From Eledone cirrhosa (lineage: Eukaryota), in the NCBI GenBank assembly GCA_964016885.1, contig CAXHJY010000031.1, forward strand, positions 124,001 to 188,000: a stretch of 64,000 bases of DNA. Direction: 5' to 3'. The notes under the pieces are model-generated. The model made no database searches, was not told the DNA's origin, and saw only the letters and a list, made by a program, of their open reading frames with translations. Shown here in pieces: positions 39,184-53,309 of this stretch (positions are counted from its first letter, which is position 1; each line of letters opens with the position of its first letter). The position numbers and the translations under genes are program-made.

Positions 39184-39489
39184 ATTAGTGGGTGTGTGTT
39201 CATAATCACTCACGGGAAGTCAAATGGCTGCAGGTCAGTCAGATTTATATTTAATTTATTTCTTTAAAAAAAGTTCAATTTAATTTTTTTCTTAAAAAAT
39301 AAAAAGTTTAATTTCATTTATTTCTTTAAAAAAAAATTAAATATAATTAATTTCTTCAAAAAAAAGCTTTAAATTTATTTTTATGTTTTGTATTGGGGAA
39401 AAATTTTCCATTTAATTAATTTCATCATTTTGTTGTATATACACACATGCATATATACAATTGTTATATATATATATATATATATGAAA

Positions 39490-40758
39490 TGTGTTGGGGG
39501 GACTTGACGTCAACAGGGGGAGAAGGAGGAGGAACATCTACTGGGCTAAGTCCCAGCCAGTCCCACGTCTCGCAGGCGGCCACGCGTTCTCTGAACACAG
39601 AGGGTTCTGTTGTGTTTTGAAGAACCCTGCTGAGGAGGACGTGGTACTATGTTACCGACGAAAGATACGCCGGCAAAGCTAGTGAGATCGGGGACTGGAG
39701 GCGAAGGCCGCCAAACCTGACAGGTAAAGTTGCATTGACTGCTGCTCGGATACAAGCATCGAGCTCAGCGAGGAGACATGTCTGGGTGTAGCACAGAGTG
39801 TATAGAGGAGCTTCGGCATGGCGTAGCAGTTCCTCAGCAGAAAGAGAACTGGGTGGCCGTCAATCAAGCCCAGTCGGCTCGTGAGAGTCTGGACTTGATG
39901 GTGGAGCGGATGGCCGGCGGGTGGATCGGTGAGGGCATCCTCTTTGGGGGTCACCTGAACCTGGCGGAGAATGGACCGCACGTCCAAGACGGAGACTGTA
40001 AAGCTTGCAGCATCGAGGCTGACATTCACCACATCCGACTTGGCTGAGTTGACCTGGAGGTCGATTCCCGCCAGGGCAGGAACCACCGATTGAAGGTCAT
40101 GGCAGACCGCCTGTACGGGCCCACCCAAAGTAGCATCATCCAGATACCAAACGTTGAGAGGGGCCGTTATACTCTGGGCGATGTGGTCAATACCAAGGAT
40201 GAACAGGAGGGGTCCCAAAGGGTCGCCCTGTTGGATCCCAGTAGCCAAGGGTATGACCGTATCAGCAGCATGGCGCATGCTCGGGGCTCCATATGACAGG
40301 TAGGCAGAGGGGGCTCGGCTGAGGCAGACCTCGAGCAGATGATCCCAGCGTAAAGAGTTGAAGGCATTCCTCATGTCAAACTTGACAATGAGGTGGCTGG
40401 AGGCCCTGGATGCCGGTTCCGAGTGTTACGGACTTGCAGATTACCTTGGCAGCCAGCCTCCGGAAGACATTGCCCACAGCAATGGGGTGTATGCCACCCT
40501 CTTTCTTCCTGAGAGCGGTGAGGCTGGCCGAAAAAAAGAGGCCTCGAGCATAAGAGTCCAGGGCGCCATGGATGAGCCTATTGGTGAGCGCCACAATTGC
40601 ACTCAGAAGGCGGCGCCCGGCCTCAGCGGAGAGGGGAGATATCAACTCCTTGAGGAGGCCTGGTCAGAGACCATCAACATCTCCGCAGCTGCTAGCTGGG
40701 AAGGACCTGATGGCGGACATGATGTCTGCATCAGAAGCCACAAGGAGCAAGTGTGGAT
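39490..40758 (-). mobile_element. CRE-clade RT fragment, unit 4
   Basis: Copy of the unit 1/2 fragment. Confidence 0.85.
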
Positions 40759-41387
40759 TACAATACAAAACCTCTGAGAATGATTTCTAAGATATTTCAC
40801 CATAATTAATTTTCATCAATATATATTAATATTATTATTGTTTATTAGGTCAGGTGGCTTGGCCAGAACAATTCTACTCTTCTTTTTTAGATGTCACGAT
40901 TTTTCATGGCATTCCTGAGATCATTAATCTCCAGCTGGAGATCCAGAGACATCTGATGTATGTAGGTGAACCTCAGTCATCCCACTTGGGTCTTACTATG
41001 TTTAGGTATCCACCACAGGAGCCAGCTCATCAGGTCATCCTACCCTCAGCAGCAATGTCCAGCATCTATTGACTTCCGCTCCGTAGTTATTGTGGTAATC
41101 TTCGATATCTGGGAATATATTTCTTCTGCTTAAGGGAGTAATAAATATATAGTTTTAAAAAAAACATATATATACACACACATATATATATGTTGTCATT
41201 TATAAGAGTTCTCTATCAAAAGCCTTCTCTATGTCCAAAACTAAGTATAGTGGCTTATTTTTCTCTAAGAACCTCTTTTGTAGTTGTCTCACTAAGAAGA
41301 GGGCATCTGTTGCACTTTTCAGCGGCACAAAAGCAAACTGCATCTCATACACATACATACATATACATACATACATACATATACATA

Positions 41388-41745
41388 CATCATCATCATC
41401 ATCATCATCATCATCATTTCGTTTTAAGTCCGCTTTTTCCCTGCTTGCAAGGGTGGGACGGGAACTGATTCTGGCTTGATTTCTACAGCTGGATGCCCTT
41501 CCTAACACCAACCTCATTTACAGTGAGTGCTGGGTGCTTTTTTGCCGTGGCACCTCCACGACCACTTTGCAGTGGAATGATATGGACCCCAGTCCCTATC
41601 ATCTCATTTCTACAGCTGAGTAAACTGGAGCAATGTGAAATAAAGTGTCTTGCTCAAGGAAACAACACATCACCCGGTCTGAGAATTGAACTCACAACCT
41701 TTCGATTGCCAGGCCAATGCTCTAACCACTAAGCCATGTGCCTCC
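41388..41745 (-). mobile_element. CORE-type SINE, unit 4
   Basis: Copy of 11161-11518. Confidence 0.85.
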
Positions 41746-42012
41746 ATATACATATACATACACATACATATACATACATACATACATACACACATACATA
41801 CATACATACACATATACATACACATACATACATACATATATATATATACATAATATACATATACATACATACGCATACATAAGCATATACACATATACAT
41901 AAGTATATATACATATACATACATACATATACATACATACATACACACACATATACACATACATATATACACATACATACATATATACACATACATATAT
42001 ATATACACATAC

Positions 42013-42052
<40 letters not shown>

Positions 42053-43397
42053 ATACACATACATATACACATATACACATATATATATACACATACATAT
42101 ATACACACACATACATATTTACATACACACATATATATATATATACATACACATATATATATACATACATACACACATATATATACATACATACACATAT
42201 ATATATACATACATACACACATATACATACATACACATATACATACATACACATATACATACATACACATATACATACATACACACATATACACACACAC
42301 ATATACATACATACATATACACATATATACACATACATATATACATATACATACATACACATGCATATACATACATACACATACATGCATATACATACAT
42401 ACATACACATACATGCATATACATACATACATACACATACATGCATGCATATACATACATACATACATACACATACATGCATATACATACATACACATAC
42501 ATGCATATACATACATACACACACATGCATACATATATATATATATATATATATATACATACATAAAGACAAATTCACCTCATGGACGAGAATGCAAGGG
42601 CTCCTCTTTGTTTCGGCCGCGGATGGCTAACATAACCCCATCAGAAAAAGCCCCCATCAGCCAGTTTATTCTACTTGTGGCTTGTTCTCCTGCTCAGGCA
42701 GTAAAACGATGTGCTTGATTAGCATTTCGTCTGATTTGCTGTTGTTCCTTAATTTGTTGTTCTCGAGTAGCAGCAGTCCTTGGTTCCCTTTCATCCAAAC
42801 TGTGTGCTCTTGCTAAAGCTGTTTGGGCTCTGTTAGCAGCTAGACGGGCATGCCAAACTTCTTCACTTTCTTCAGATCGCTGTATTTTCTTTCTCTTAGC
42901 CTCTGAAGATGACCTTCCATATAATGATCTGGAAGGTTACCGGTATGACAAAAGGCTCAATGCAAGTTTTCAAGTGTTTTACAGAACCGAGATACAAAGT
43001 GTTAAAATGATCAAATTTTACTTTAGAACATTTATTTGCTGACAATTGTTTCTTCCAGAGGGAAGTCTGGAATCATCGGAGCATAAGGAATGTTGAAACA
43101 TTGCTTATAACTTTTATGCCTGTGATTTTTTTGCTTGTGCTTTTTACTTATACCTATTACACTTCCAACCAGTGCTGCCTGTAATTGTGTTTTCAAGCAG
43201 AACATCTTTTTAACTCCTGATTCTCCACATGATGCCTTTGACACTAATAACAATTATGTATCTTAAATGTTCTGAATGATAGGATTTTAGTAACATGTTT
43301 CTGGAAGAAACAATTGTCAGCAAATAAATGTTCTAAACTAAAATTTGATCGTTTTAACACTTTATATATATATATATGTATATAAATATGTATATAT

Positions 43398-44873
43398 ACT
43401 CTTTTTACCTGTTCCAGCCATCCGGCTGAGGCTATGCTGGGGCACCGCCCTTGTTGCTACACATTTAATCTCCAGCCTGTATTGGTTGACCACTGGTGCA
43501 ACAGGGAGTTCATTGCTGCTGCCCTTAGGTTTCCCTCGTGCATTGCTGTGGGCTCATCTAGGATCTTGTATAGCAAGGTGTCGACATGTTTCTTGAAGAC
43601 ATCCACACCATGCAGATCTCTCAGATCCCTTGGCAGCTTGTTGAAGAGTTGAGGGTCCTTAAACCCCAGACTTTTGCAATATCTGCTCCTTATTCTAGAT
43701 ATGGAAGACGGGATCTTTGGCACCACACAATGACGTCCTGTTCGGCAGTTGATCCAGCTGCCAATGCCAAAGTTTGGTGCTAGTCCCTCCAGGATTTTCC
43801 ACATGTAGATCACTGCGTATCTCTCCCGTCTTCATTCCAAGGAGTAGAGGTTCAGTTCTTTTAGCCTCGCCCAGTAGCTTATCTCCTTCATAGTCACAAT
43901 CCTCTTGGTGTAGCTTCGCTGGATTGCCTCAAGCTCCGTGGTTAGTTTGACACTATGGGGTGACCACAACTGGGAGCAATAGTCCAGGCGGCTTAGGACA
44001 AATGTCCTCCATAGTGTCAACATGGTGTCTCGGTCTCTTGTCCGGAAAGTCTTCAAGATCCAGCCAGCGAGTCGTCTGCACATTGTCGCCACTTTCATGA
44101 TGTGAGAGGAAAAAGATGCATCATCGCTCATATCGATTTTTACCCAGGGATATCGGTCCCTCCTGGTCCGGTGTAACTGTGTTGTACTGTATTTGTGTTT
44201 GCAGGAATTGCGTAGCGCTTGGAATTTGCCAGCATTAAACTGCATGTTGTTGTCTTCTGCCCATTTGTATATGGCATACAGCCCTTGTTGTAAAAGGGCA
44301 GAGTCAGCCGGGTTTTTGATTGCCTGTGCTACCTTAGTGTCATCAGCATAGCTAGTGAGGGATGTTGTTGTATGTACTACAGAGGGTATGTCTGAGAGAG
44401 CCACCAAAAACAGTAGTGGTCCCAGGACTGTGCCTTGGGGAACCCCACTTGTTATTGATAATTCCTTTGAGAGGGCCCCCGTTTGCTGCGACTGTCTGGC
44501 TTCTCTCCTTTAAGAAGTCGTGCAGCCACTCACCTACTTTTCTAGTTATGGTGAGTCCGTGTAGTTTGTGACATATCATTCCGTCGTCGACTTTGTCAAA
44601 GGCCTTCGCAAAGTCCAGATATATCATGTCCACATGTGAGCTGTCAAGTAGTTGTTTCAGTACCCAGTCTTAATGATGTAGCAGCTGTGTAAGGCAGCTT
44701 CTTCCTGGGTGAAAGCCATGCTGCGTGTTAGTCAGGCAGTCATTTTCCTCGAGGAAAGTGATCAGATTCTTTCTGACGATTCGCTCCATGACCTTACTGA
44801 TATGTGACGTCAGGGAGACTGGTCTATGTTGTTTGGCTTCCGCTCTGCTACCTCCTATATGGATAGGGCACTT
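43398..44873 (-). mobile_element. CR1-group LINE, unit 4
   Basis: Copy of 13185-14660. Confidence 0.88.
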
Positions 44874-46108
44874 GTGAATGCAAGCTCACCTTTATCATTC
44901 TGGAAACACTTCTCTCCAATGACATCACAATTCTCTCTGACACACTGCCTCGTAATCTGGAACACCTCCTGTTTCTGTTCCTCGTGTTGCAAAACATGCT
45001 TGAATTTCCTATCCTCTGCCTCCCTTCTAGCTAAGTATACTTGTCGCCTAGCTTCCCTCCTGGTCTCTCTGTAATGTGCCCTGTTCTTCCATTCTTTCCA
45101 TGCCTGTCTCTTAACCTTAACTGCCTCATCTACCATATTGTTCCACCACCAAGTCACTCTCCTCCTCCCTGTATATATCTTTTTATCATTATCCTTTTCT
45201 CAAATATAGACAAATTACGACACACACACAAATATTATGCATGGATATGTTACCTGGAAGCTGGAGAGTGAGAATAATATAGATGATAAAAGTCTATCTT
45301 CAGCAACAAGTGCTATATTTTCTCCCATGTTGAAAGATTATTTTACAATATAAGAACTTGAAACTAAGACTAACTGAGTCACAGAATAGATAGGGATGTA
45401 CACAAAAGACCTAGATGTGAAAAGAAGTGGAAATTGTGCAGATTGAACATTGAAGATGTGACCGATGTGAAGAAACTGTGGAAAGATGTGGCGAAAAGAG
45501 TGAAGAATGCAATCCCTAGAAAGGTCATCCCCGAGAGTAAACATTGGGAGTTACAGCAAACGTTTTAAGACATAGAAAGAGTAGTTGTGGATTGTTCCGG
45601 TGAAAAGCAATGAATCGGAAGCATAACAGACGACGCTCAGCAGTTGGAGTTCGCTGCCAAGCAGATACCAATATAATATTATATATTAGGGAATCAGATA
45701 GTTTGTCTTTATTTCATGTTGTTTTATTGCAAAAGCGTATCCTTGAAAGTGAGAGACAATATAGCGTTTGTTGGTGAAGATAATATAATTTGTTTATCTA
45801 TATTACTCTCTATGCAGAAATAAGGAAACATTTGCACATGGTCGACCCTGACTATACGTTCATATTAGTTGTGAAGCTTTGCTTTAGAGAAATAGAAAGA
45901 AGACGACTATATTTGTAATTCGAAGTATAATCGATGTAAGTATGATAAAAAATATTTGAAACATTGGAGATGATGTGCATCTAAATACTAAGCATATACA
46001 GATGCACACATAAGTGAAAAGGAACACAAGCACACACAAATAGATGGATAGCTGCACACACATGCATACATATATACCTAGTTGATGTTTAAATTTCAAC
46101 AAGTCTTA

Positions 46109-47698
46109 TCTTCATCACTTTACGTCCGCTTTTCCTTGCTTGCAAGGGTGGGACGAACCTATTGAGCACAGTATCTCTCCACTTGTCACGGTCCTTCGTC
46201 ATCTCCTCATTGAGCTTTAGAGATTTGAGGTCTGCTCACACCAGCTCCGCCCGTATTTTTCGTGGTCTTCCTCTACTGCGTTGTCCTTCTACTGGGATTT
46301 CTTGGCACTTCTTTACCTAGGTGTCATCCTCCATGCGCATCACATGTCTATACCAACACAGTCTTCTCTCCTGCACACTACAACTTATCCCAGTTAAACA
46401 GTTTCTCCCTGAAGTCCTCCATGCCTAGTCGTTCATTTCTCTCCAGCCATCGCATATCCTCTGCAGTTGCTGCCCAAGTTTCACTATCATGCAGCATCGC
46501 GCATCTCACACAATCATCATATAACCATCCTTTCGTACGCAGGGAGAAATCCTTCTTTGTCAACAGAGGAAGCAGCTCCCTAAATTTCTTCCGACCTGTC
46601 CTTATTCTAGATATTATGGTCTCGGAACACCCCTCCCATTCTAATCAGATCACCTAGGTAGCGGAAGCTATCACCCACTTCTATAGAACCCACCTTCATG
46701 TGGTAAATGTGTCTATCACTGCGTCTTCTACTGTCAAGTTCTGTACAACTACTGCATACGTATTTCTCTCTACTTGTTAGTTTGCCTGCTATCCTACTAC
46801 ATCTCTTGTGTACCCAGGATCTGCATTGTGTACATTTTATAGAATTTATCCCAACTCCTTTTCTACATATTGAACATGACCATTTCCCTGATGGAATCAG
46901 AGTTTTGTCCTCTTCTCTACTTATCAATACTTTTGTCTTAGCTAGGTTCACTCTCAGTCCTCTTGATTCCAACTGCTTTTTCCATAGACAGAATTTCTTC
47001 TCTAGTTCCTCTACTGAATCTGCTATAAGTACCAGATCGTCAGCCTAGAGAAGTTCCCATGGGCAGTCAGTCTTAAACTCGTGTTATGGCTTGGAGAATT
47101 ATAATGAACAAGATCGGGCTGAGGACAGAGCCCTGATGCACTCCTACTTGTATCTGGAATTCCTCATTAAACTCCATTACTTCTCTCACTTTACTGACAG
47201 AACCTCTGTACTTAGCTTGCACTGTCCTCACAAGCCATTCCTCTACACCTATTTTCCTTAGCGACCACCAGATGACAGATCGTGGTACACTATCAAAGAC
47301 CTCCTCTAAGTCATCAAAAGCTAAGTATAGTGGCTTATTCTTCTCTAATGAACCTCTCTTGTAGTTGTATCACTAAGAAGAGGGCATCTGTTGTACTTTT
47401 CCCAGGCATAAAACCAAACTGCATCTCATTTAGTTTGGCCCTTTCTCTAATTAGTTGCAATAGTATTCTTTCTGTCACTTTCATAACCTGATCCATCAGT
47501 TTGATGCCCCTATAATTGCTCATTTCCAGAGCATCCCTTTGTCGCAATTTATAAGAATTACTGCTGCACCAGTCTTTGGGTATGACTCAGCCATATATAT
47601 AACTTGATTGACGATGCGTGCAACCAGTTTAGTAGCTACTTTTGATGCCCTAACCCTATATTCGTCTTTGTGAATAGCTGGTCCCTCTATCGGATAAT
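46109..47698 (-). mobile_element. RTE LINE, unit 4
   Basis: Copy of 15896-17485. Confidence 0.88.
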
Positions 47699-48817
47699 AA
47701 TTTGTGAAAAAAATGAAAGAAGAAAACACACACATACACTCTCTCACTCACATGAACAGACATTGAGCACTAAATATATATTTGTTTTTAAAATATAATT
47801 TCAATAATAATTAATTGCTAAGATGGATTACATTGCCACCGGTTATATTTTATATATTTCCTAAAACTCGTTTGTTTAAAAAGCTTAATTTTTTTTTCTT
47901 TTTACTCTGACATTTTGACTTGTAGCTCTGATAAGTTGAGCTAGATTGCCAGCGTTGAAATAGTTGCGCTTTAGTTTTGATGTACCCGTGAGTCGTGGGG
48001 GTATAGTATATTGTCATGTATGTATATACTTATGTGTACATATATCTATATATATATGTATGTATGTATACACGTGTATGTATATCTACATATATACATA
48101 TATGTTATTGTGTATAGTGTATATTTGTTTATGCAGCATTCCAATTAGCAAAGGGAGATTACTCTACAATATTTTAATAAAATTATTGGAGTTGTTTCCC
48201 TTTTATCCGGAAATGTTGTCGTTTGATAAAACTGTCATTGAATTTATGCCTTGTTAAGGCTGGTTCGGTCTCAGTCAGTGCTAAGTGTATGCTGTTAAAA
48301 GAAAGATATTTCATGTGACATAATTACTGCAACAGGTTAGGTATTTTCAAGGTTTGGGGTTGTATTTTATTGTTTAAATATGATTGTCACTTAGATAAGA
48401 CAGGATTCATCAATTTGTAGAAGAATTGATAGGGTTAAGTTTTAATTTTTGGGTGGGTGTGTATATATGAAACTGAATAGCTATTTATATACATGATCTG
48501 TTGATTCTCTATCCTTCTTTCTCATAAATATAGACATAGAAATTACGATATACAAGTACACACATACATATATTTCACATTGTTCTGATCAGAATAATAA
48601 ATCATGTTTTAGTTTTTGCTGGTGTTGTTTGGATTGGCGGTGTTGTTGGGAGTGGTGGCGGTGTTTGTGTTGTTGTTGTTACACATACACACCCACACTG
48701 ACTGGCAAAACTTCTTTCATCTCAATGAAATTTCCGCCCAAACAACTACTACCACCTCCATCCCCACCACCAGGTTCACAATTATACACACACACACAGA
48801 TTCATACATACACACAT

Positions 48818-49256
48818 GTGAGATCCGTGATGCTGCATGGTAGTGAGACATGGGCAGCAACTGCAGAAGATATGCGACGGCTAGAGAGAAATGAAGCAAG
48901 CATGCTCCATTGGATGTGCAATGCCAAAGTGCGTGAACGACCAAGCATAGACGAGTTGAGAAAGAAACTGGGTATAAGAGGGATAAGTTGTGGTGTGCAG
49001 GAGAGAAGGCTGAGATGGTATGGACATGTGATGCGAATGTAGGATGACCGCCGGCTAAAGAAGTGCCAAGAAATCCCAGTAGAAGGAAGACGCAGTAGAG
49101 GTAGACCACGAAAAACATGGGCGGAGGTGGTGAGAGCAGACCTCAAATCTCACCGAGGAGATGACGAAGGACCGTGACAAGTGGAGAGATGCTGTGCTGA
49201 ATAGGACCCGTCCAACCCTTGCAAGCAGGGAAAAGCGGACGTAAAATGATGATGAT
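48818..49256 (+). mobile_element. RTE 3' fragment, unit 4
   Basis: Copy of 18605-19043. Confidence 0.88.
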
Positions 49257-49439
49257 ATTAGTGGGTGTGTGTTCATAATCACTCACGGGAAGTCAAATGG
49301 CTGCAGGTCAACTATGCTTCATTTTTACATGAATATTTATTTACAGTTTTTAACAGAAAAAATATTGCTGCGAAATACATTTTTTTTTAACAGATTTACA
49401 GTTTTTAACAGAAAAAAAAATTCTTTAAAAAATATATTT

Positions 49440-49950
49440 TTTTACCTGTGCAATTGTATGCGTGATGTATGTAGTGAATGGGTTGAGCAAAATCTGGCGA
49501 TACTCGGTGGTCTTGATTCTAACGGAATACGAATAACTGTACAAATTGAGGAGAGCAAATATTTTCATCGTATTTACGATGCTCGTGGGCTCTGGCATGA
49601 AGGACATTGTGTCATTGGCGCAATTGATACTAATAATTCCCGCAATATTTTTCTCCATGAAATCCCTGATCAGGCTGCTGAGACTGCTGCCTCTCATTGA
49701 AAGGCACTGTGCAAATGGATCTATGATCCATACAGATGAGTGGCGGGTATGCCAAATTTGCCTGGTCGTTATACACATCTCACTGTCAAAAAGCATTTCG
49801 TTGATCCCATATCAAGTACATACACGCAAAATATTGAGGGGGGTGTGGTCTGATGCCAACAAGAAACTAAAACGCATCAATGGTACCAGCCGACCAATAT
49901 TTCAGTCGTATTTAAGGCAGTTTGAGTGGCAATGTCACGTATCCAACTGG
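49440..49950 (+). pseudogene. Merlin (IS1595/ISXO2-like) DDE transposase pseudogene
   Basis: Across frameshifts: VQIEESKYFHR..RG..GHCVIGAID, IPDQAAET/LLPLI...GSMIHTDEW, YTHLTV..HFVDP..TYTQNIEGVW..K..K..GT.R...SYL.QFEWQ. Confidence 0.85.
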
Positions 49951-50029
49951 TGAAGGTAAATGTTTCGAAAGAAATGTAGTTGTTCTAATGCAGTTTATAT
50001 ATAATATCGTCTATGCAAATGTTGGTATT

Positions 50030-50925
50030 GTGAAGTGCGACGGAGTTCCACTACGCATTAAAACAAACATTTGCATACGCAATAATGTCAAACTAACCAA
50101 TGGGAGGTTGCGTATGAATACATGGGCAGTCTCACTCTCTTGTTAAAAACCCGACACAGTTGACGCGTACCAGACAGACCGACACAGTTGACGCGTGAAG
50201 ATGTATCTATAAAAAATGGTGACCTGGCTGTAAAGAATACATCCTTCACACACATAAAAAAAAATGTCGAGTTTACAATAACACAATATTTTGTTTGCAC
50301 ATGGCATTTTTGTCCAAGGATACTACGGACTTCAAAAGATTATTTTTAAATGTTTTGTTCGCAACTATTTTGTTAAAGTTTACGAACGTCTTTGATGAAC
50401 ACCTTGGCGACTATACACCTACACAGCTCTTACGCTGATAACATTTTGGAGTACTCCGGCAATTCGACCACTACTACGCCTTCACGACTTGCATGAAAAC
50501 TAGGCAACAAACCTTTAAATATTCTGTTCCGAGGGACTTTCCTCGTGGACCCATGTTTTTGTCAGAAATGACGGTGAGAAGACCTCTCACTCCACCTTAT
50601 TCTGGACCCTATCGTGTACTTGCACGTAGAGATAAACATTTCACCTTTGACTTTAATGGACATAAAGACACACTCTATTGACAGACTAAAGCGGGCCTAC
50701 ACAGATGCTCTCACATCAGAGCCTCATACTCCCCTCTGCTACAATGTGTCAATACAAGCACCACCGCAAACACCACAATCACATTCAAACACTCCTTTAC
50801 TTTCAACATACATCAAACTGACCAATGGGAAGTTGCGTATGACAGACCGAACTGACTTGCAGATGATACATCGCGCGAAAATTTATTGTAAAATGACTCC
50901 TACAATCCTTTTCGACAAATAAAAT
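50030..50925 (+). mobile_element. Internally deleted Ty3/Gypsy LTR retrotransposon relic
   Basis: Integrase C-terminal GPY/F motif VRRPLTPPYSGPYRVLARRDKHF...SIDRLKRAY; ~30-nt direct repeat TCAAACT(A/G)ACCAATGGGA(G/A)GTTGCGTATGA at ~50088 and ~50813 (LTR remnants); PBS-like TGGTGACC at 50217. Confidence 0.75.
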
Positions 50926-51529
50926 TATATTTATAGAGGAGTGAGCATTGAAGAGCTATTTATTTATATCCTGGAAGTCAGCAGCATTTACTACCGATAA
51001 GAAGCTACCAACTCTTCGATTAAGGTATTTCAATTATATCACTTATAACTAATATCCTTCGAAGACCTATAACAACAATGTAAAATCATATAGATAATAT
51101 TTAGCCCCTCATCCTTATCTATAAATGTATCATTTATCACATAAGACAGTGTAACACAGTCTTCGTTCAACTAATGTGTATATTGTCAATTGAGATTTTA
51201 TTTGACGTATAATATCAATATACACACTACACATGCTAGCAGAAAACCACTCGTAGTATATATATATATAGCGTAGAGTGTAGCTAGTGTATGTATGTAT
51301 ATATAAGTATGTATGTATATATATGTGTGTGTAAAAATGTCAATAATGACCTTTTTTTTTTTTTTTTTGACAAAAAACTTGAATTTAAGTTGTCATGTTT
51401 ACCTTAATTAACATTTTAAAAGAAAAGTTGGTTATTTTGACATCCCCCCCCTCCCCAAACTAAAAACAAGACATAAAAATTTAAATTTAAGTTTTAATTG
51501 TAAAAGTAACATTATCATATTTTAGCTCC

Positions 51530-52280
51530 TTGAGTTCCTTAAGTGCGTATTTCAGCTCGTATTCCCCATTTTCTAAACACAATGCTTTTGCAACCGAATC
51601 TTCACTCATTGAATTCTGTATTCGTAGACCTGACTTTTCCCAGCAATTTACAATTGTCTCTTTTACAACCGAATCCCATGCCTGGACTGATCAAAAATAC
51701 CATGCAATAACTGTTTTTACTTTTGCCAGCAATTATTCCAGTGCATCACTGGTACTTTATTTATCGACCCTATAAGGATGAAAGGCCAAGTTGAACTCGG
51801 AAAATAAAGGGGCGTAACTCATGACGTTCCTTTTAAATTGACACTTTCACATCTTTATTAACCAACTTTATTAATAAAAATCGTATTGTAGTTGCTTTTG
51901 AATGACCAAATTATTCCTTGGTCTAAAGGTTGTAATTTTGTAGTTGTGTTCGAGGGTAGAAAAAAAAAAGTTTTATATTTTAAAAGCTTTGTTTGTGGCA
52001 TGCTGCATTATCAAGGAGCAATAATACTTTTCTCTATTGTTTAAAAAATTCGTAATTGATTTCTTTTAGGTAAAATGAAAATATATTGTCTGTCATCCAT
52101 CCGTAATGTTCTTTTTATAATAAAATTCCTGTTTAGAAATGTCAATATTCTTGAAACAACGAGGTTTAAGGCTTTTTTCAGTAAAAAGGGGTTTAAACTT
52201 TTCACCAGTTGCACTACATGTGAATAGTACTGTAATTCTCTTTTGATTCCTCTAATTTTGTATTATCATCGTTAAGAAAA
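51530..52280 (-). pseudogene. pogo/Tigger-family (DDE_1) transposase pseudogene, interrupted by a SINE fragment (~51725-51805)
   Basis: Manual translation: KS.KPRCFKN, KVLLLLDNAACH, FLPSNTTTKLQPLDQGIIWSFK, AWDSVVKETIVNCWEKSG. Confidence 0.85.
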
Positions 52281-52947
52281 ACATAACTTTTAGTCCCTCT
52301 CCTTATTCCTACCCTTTGTCTCATCCTCGAATCCATATTCTCAGTCCCTGTCTCCTATTCCTTATCTCTCTATCTCTTACTTTTTATTATTTATTTAATC
52401 CTTTGATATTTTATTATACAACTTGCCTTTTTATTTTGCTGAAACATATATCGTATTCCTTTTCATGTTATTGTTATCATTATTGTCATCACTATTTTAC
52501 ACATCCACTTACACTATAACTTCTACTATTATCAGAAACCGTATTTTGTACTTATTTTTTATATCGTCATTCTTTCTTCTTTATACTTTTATTATTGTTT
52601 ATCTTTTATTATTGATGTTTTCGTTTTCATTCACTCGATTCTCTGATGTATCTATAAATGCTAATGCCATGTGTTACACCCTCCAGTATTCCGATGATTT
52701 TATCAGAGCCACACACTGTATTTCAGGTCGAGTGATTAGCGACTTTTAGACTCACCTGTTCAATGAAACAATTGTTAGTACTGTAAATAAAACCCTTTTT
52801 ATACAGCCGACCATCTTACTCTTCATTCTTTCACTACTATTACTCCAAGATCGACCTGCATGGGAATTATTGCAAACTCGCTACCTAAGTAAGGAAACCT
52901 CTCACTGGATTACCTAAAACGATAACTTGTTATCCCATGTGTATATA

Positions 52948-53150
52948 TCATCATCATCGTTTAAAGTCTATCTTCCACGCTAGCATGGGTTTAGACGGGA
53001 GATGTCCCACTTGAGGCAAGATTGGTTTTTCTCGCTCGTATAGGACTGTCTGGCAGGTTTTCTACGGTTGGGTGCCCTTCCTAACACCAACCACGTTTAG
53101 TGTGGACTGGGAGGTTTTTACCGTGTTACCTACACGGGCACATTACAGCG
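52948..53150 (-). mobile_element. RTE-related non-autonomous element or SINE 3' part
   Basis: (CAT)n tail and TTTCTACGGTTGGGTGCCCTTCCTAACACCAACC, similar to the SINE body at 11250-11290. Confidence 0.65.
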
Positions 53151-53309
53151 TGGAGATTTTTTTTTTTTTTTTTTTTTTTTTTTGTCGTGACATCTACACG
53201 ACCTCATTTATTTAGGGCTGGATGTTGTGGTACCAACATAACTTTACAGAGAGAGGTTGGAGGAGAGGGTAGTGGGATGCGGGTGTATTTTTGGTTAAGA
53301 GGTGCCTAC

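Larger units (their letters stand above)
9263..49310. repeat. Tandem array of ~10.07-kb units: U1 9263-19349, U2 19350-29422, U3 29423-39489, U4 39490-49310 (U4 lacks the junction filler)
   Basis: Whole ORF track recurs at offsets 10087, 10073 and 10067; differences are a few SNPs and microsatellite length changes. Confidence 0.97.

Noticed and set aside
49440-49950. Bacterial IS1595 contamination or recent horizontal transfer
   Set aside because: Frameshifted, AT-rich and contiguous with animal TEs; consistent with a eukaryotic Merlin relic.
52316-52749. Hydrophobic membrane-protein-like ORFs
   Set aside because: T-rich low-complexity sequence gives F/L/I/Y-rich translations; no family motif.
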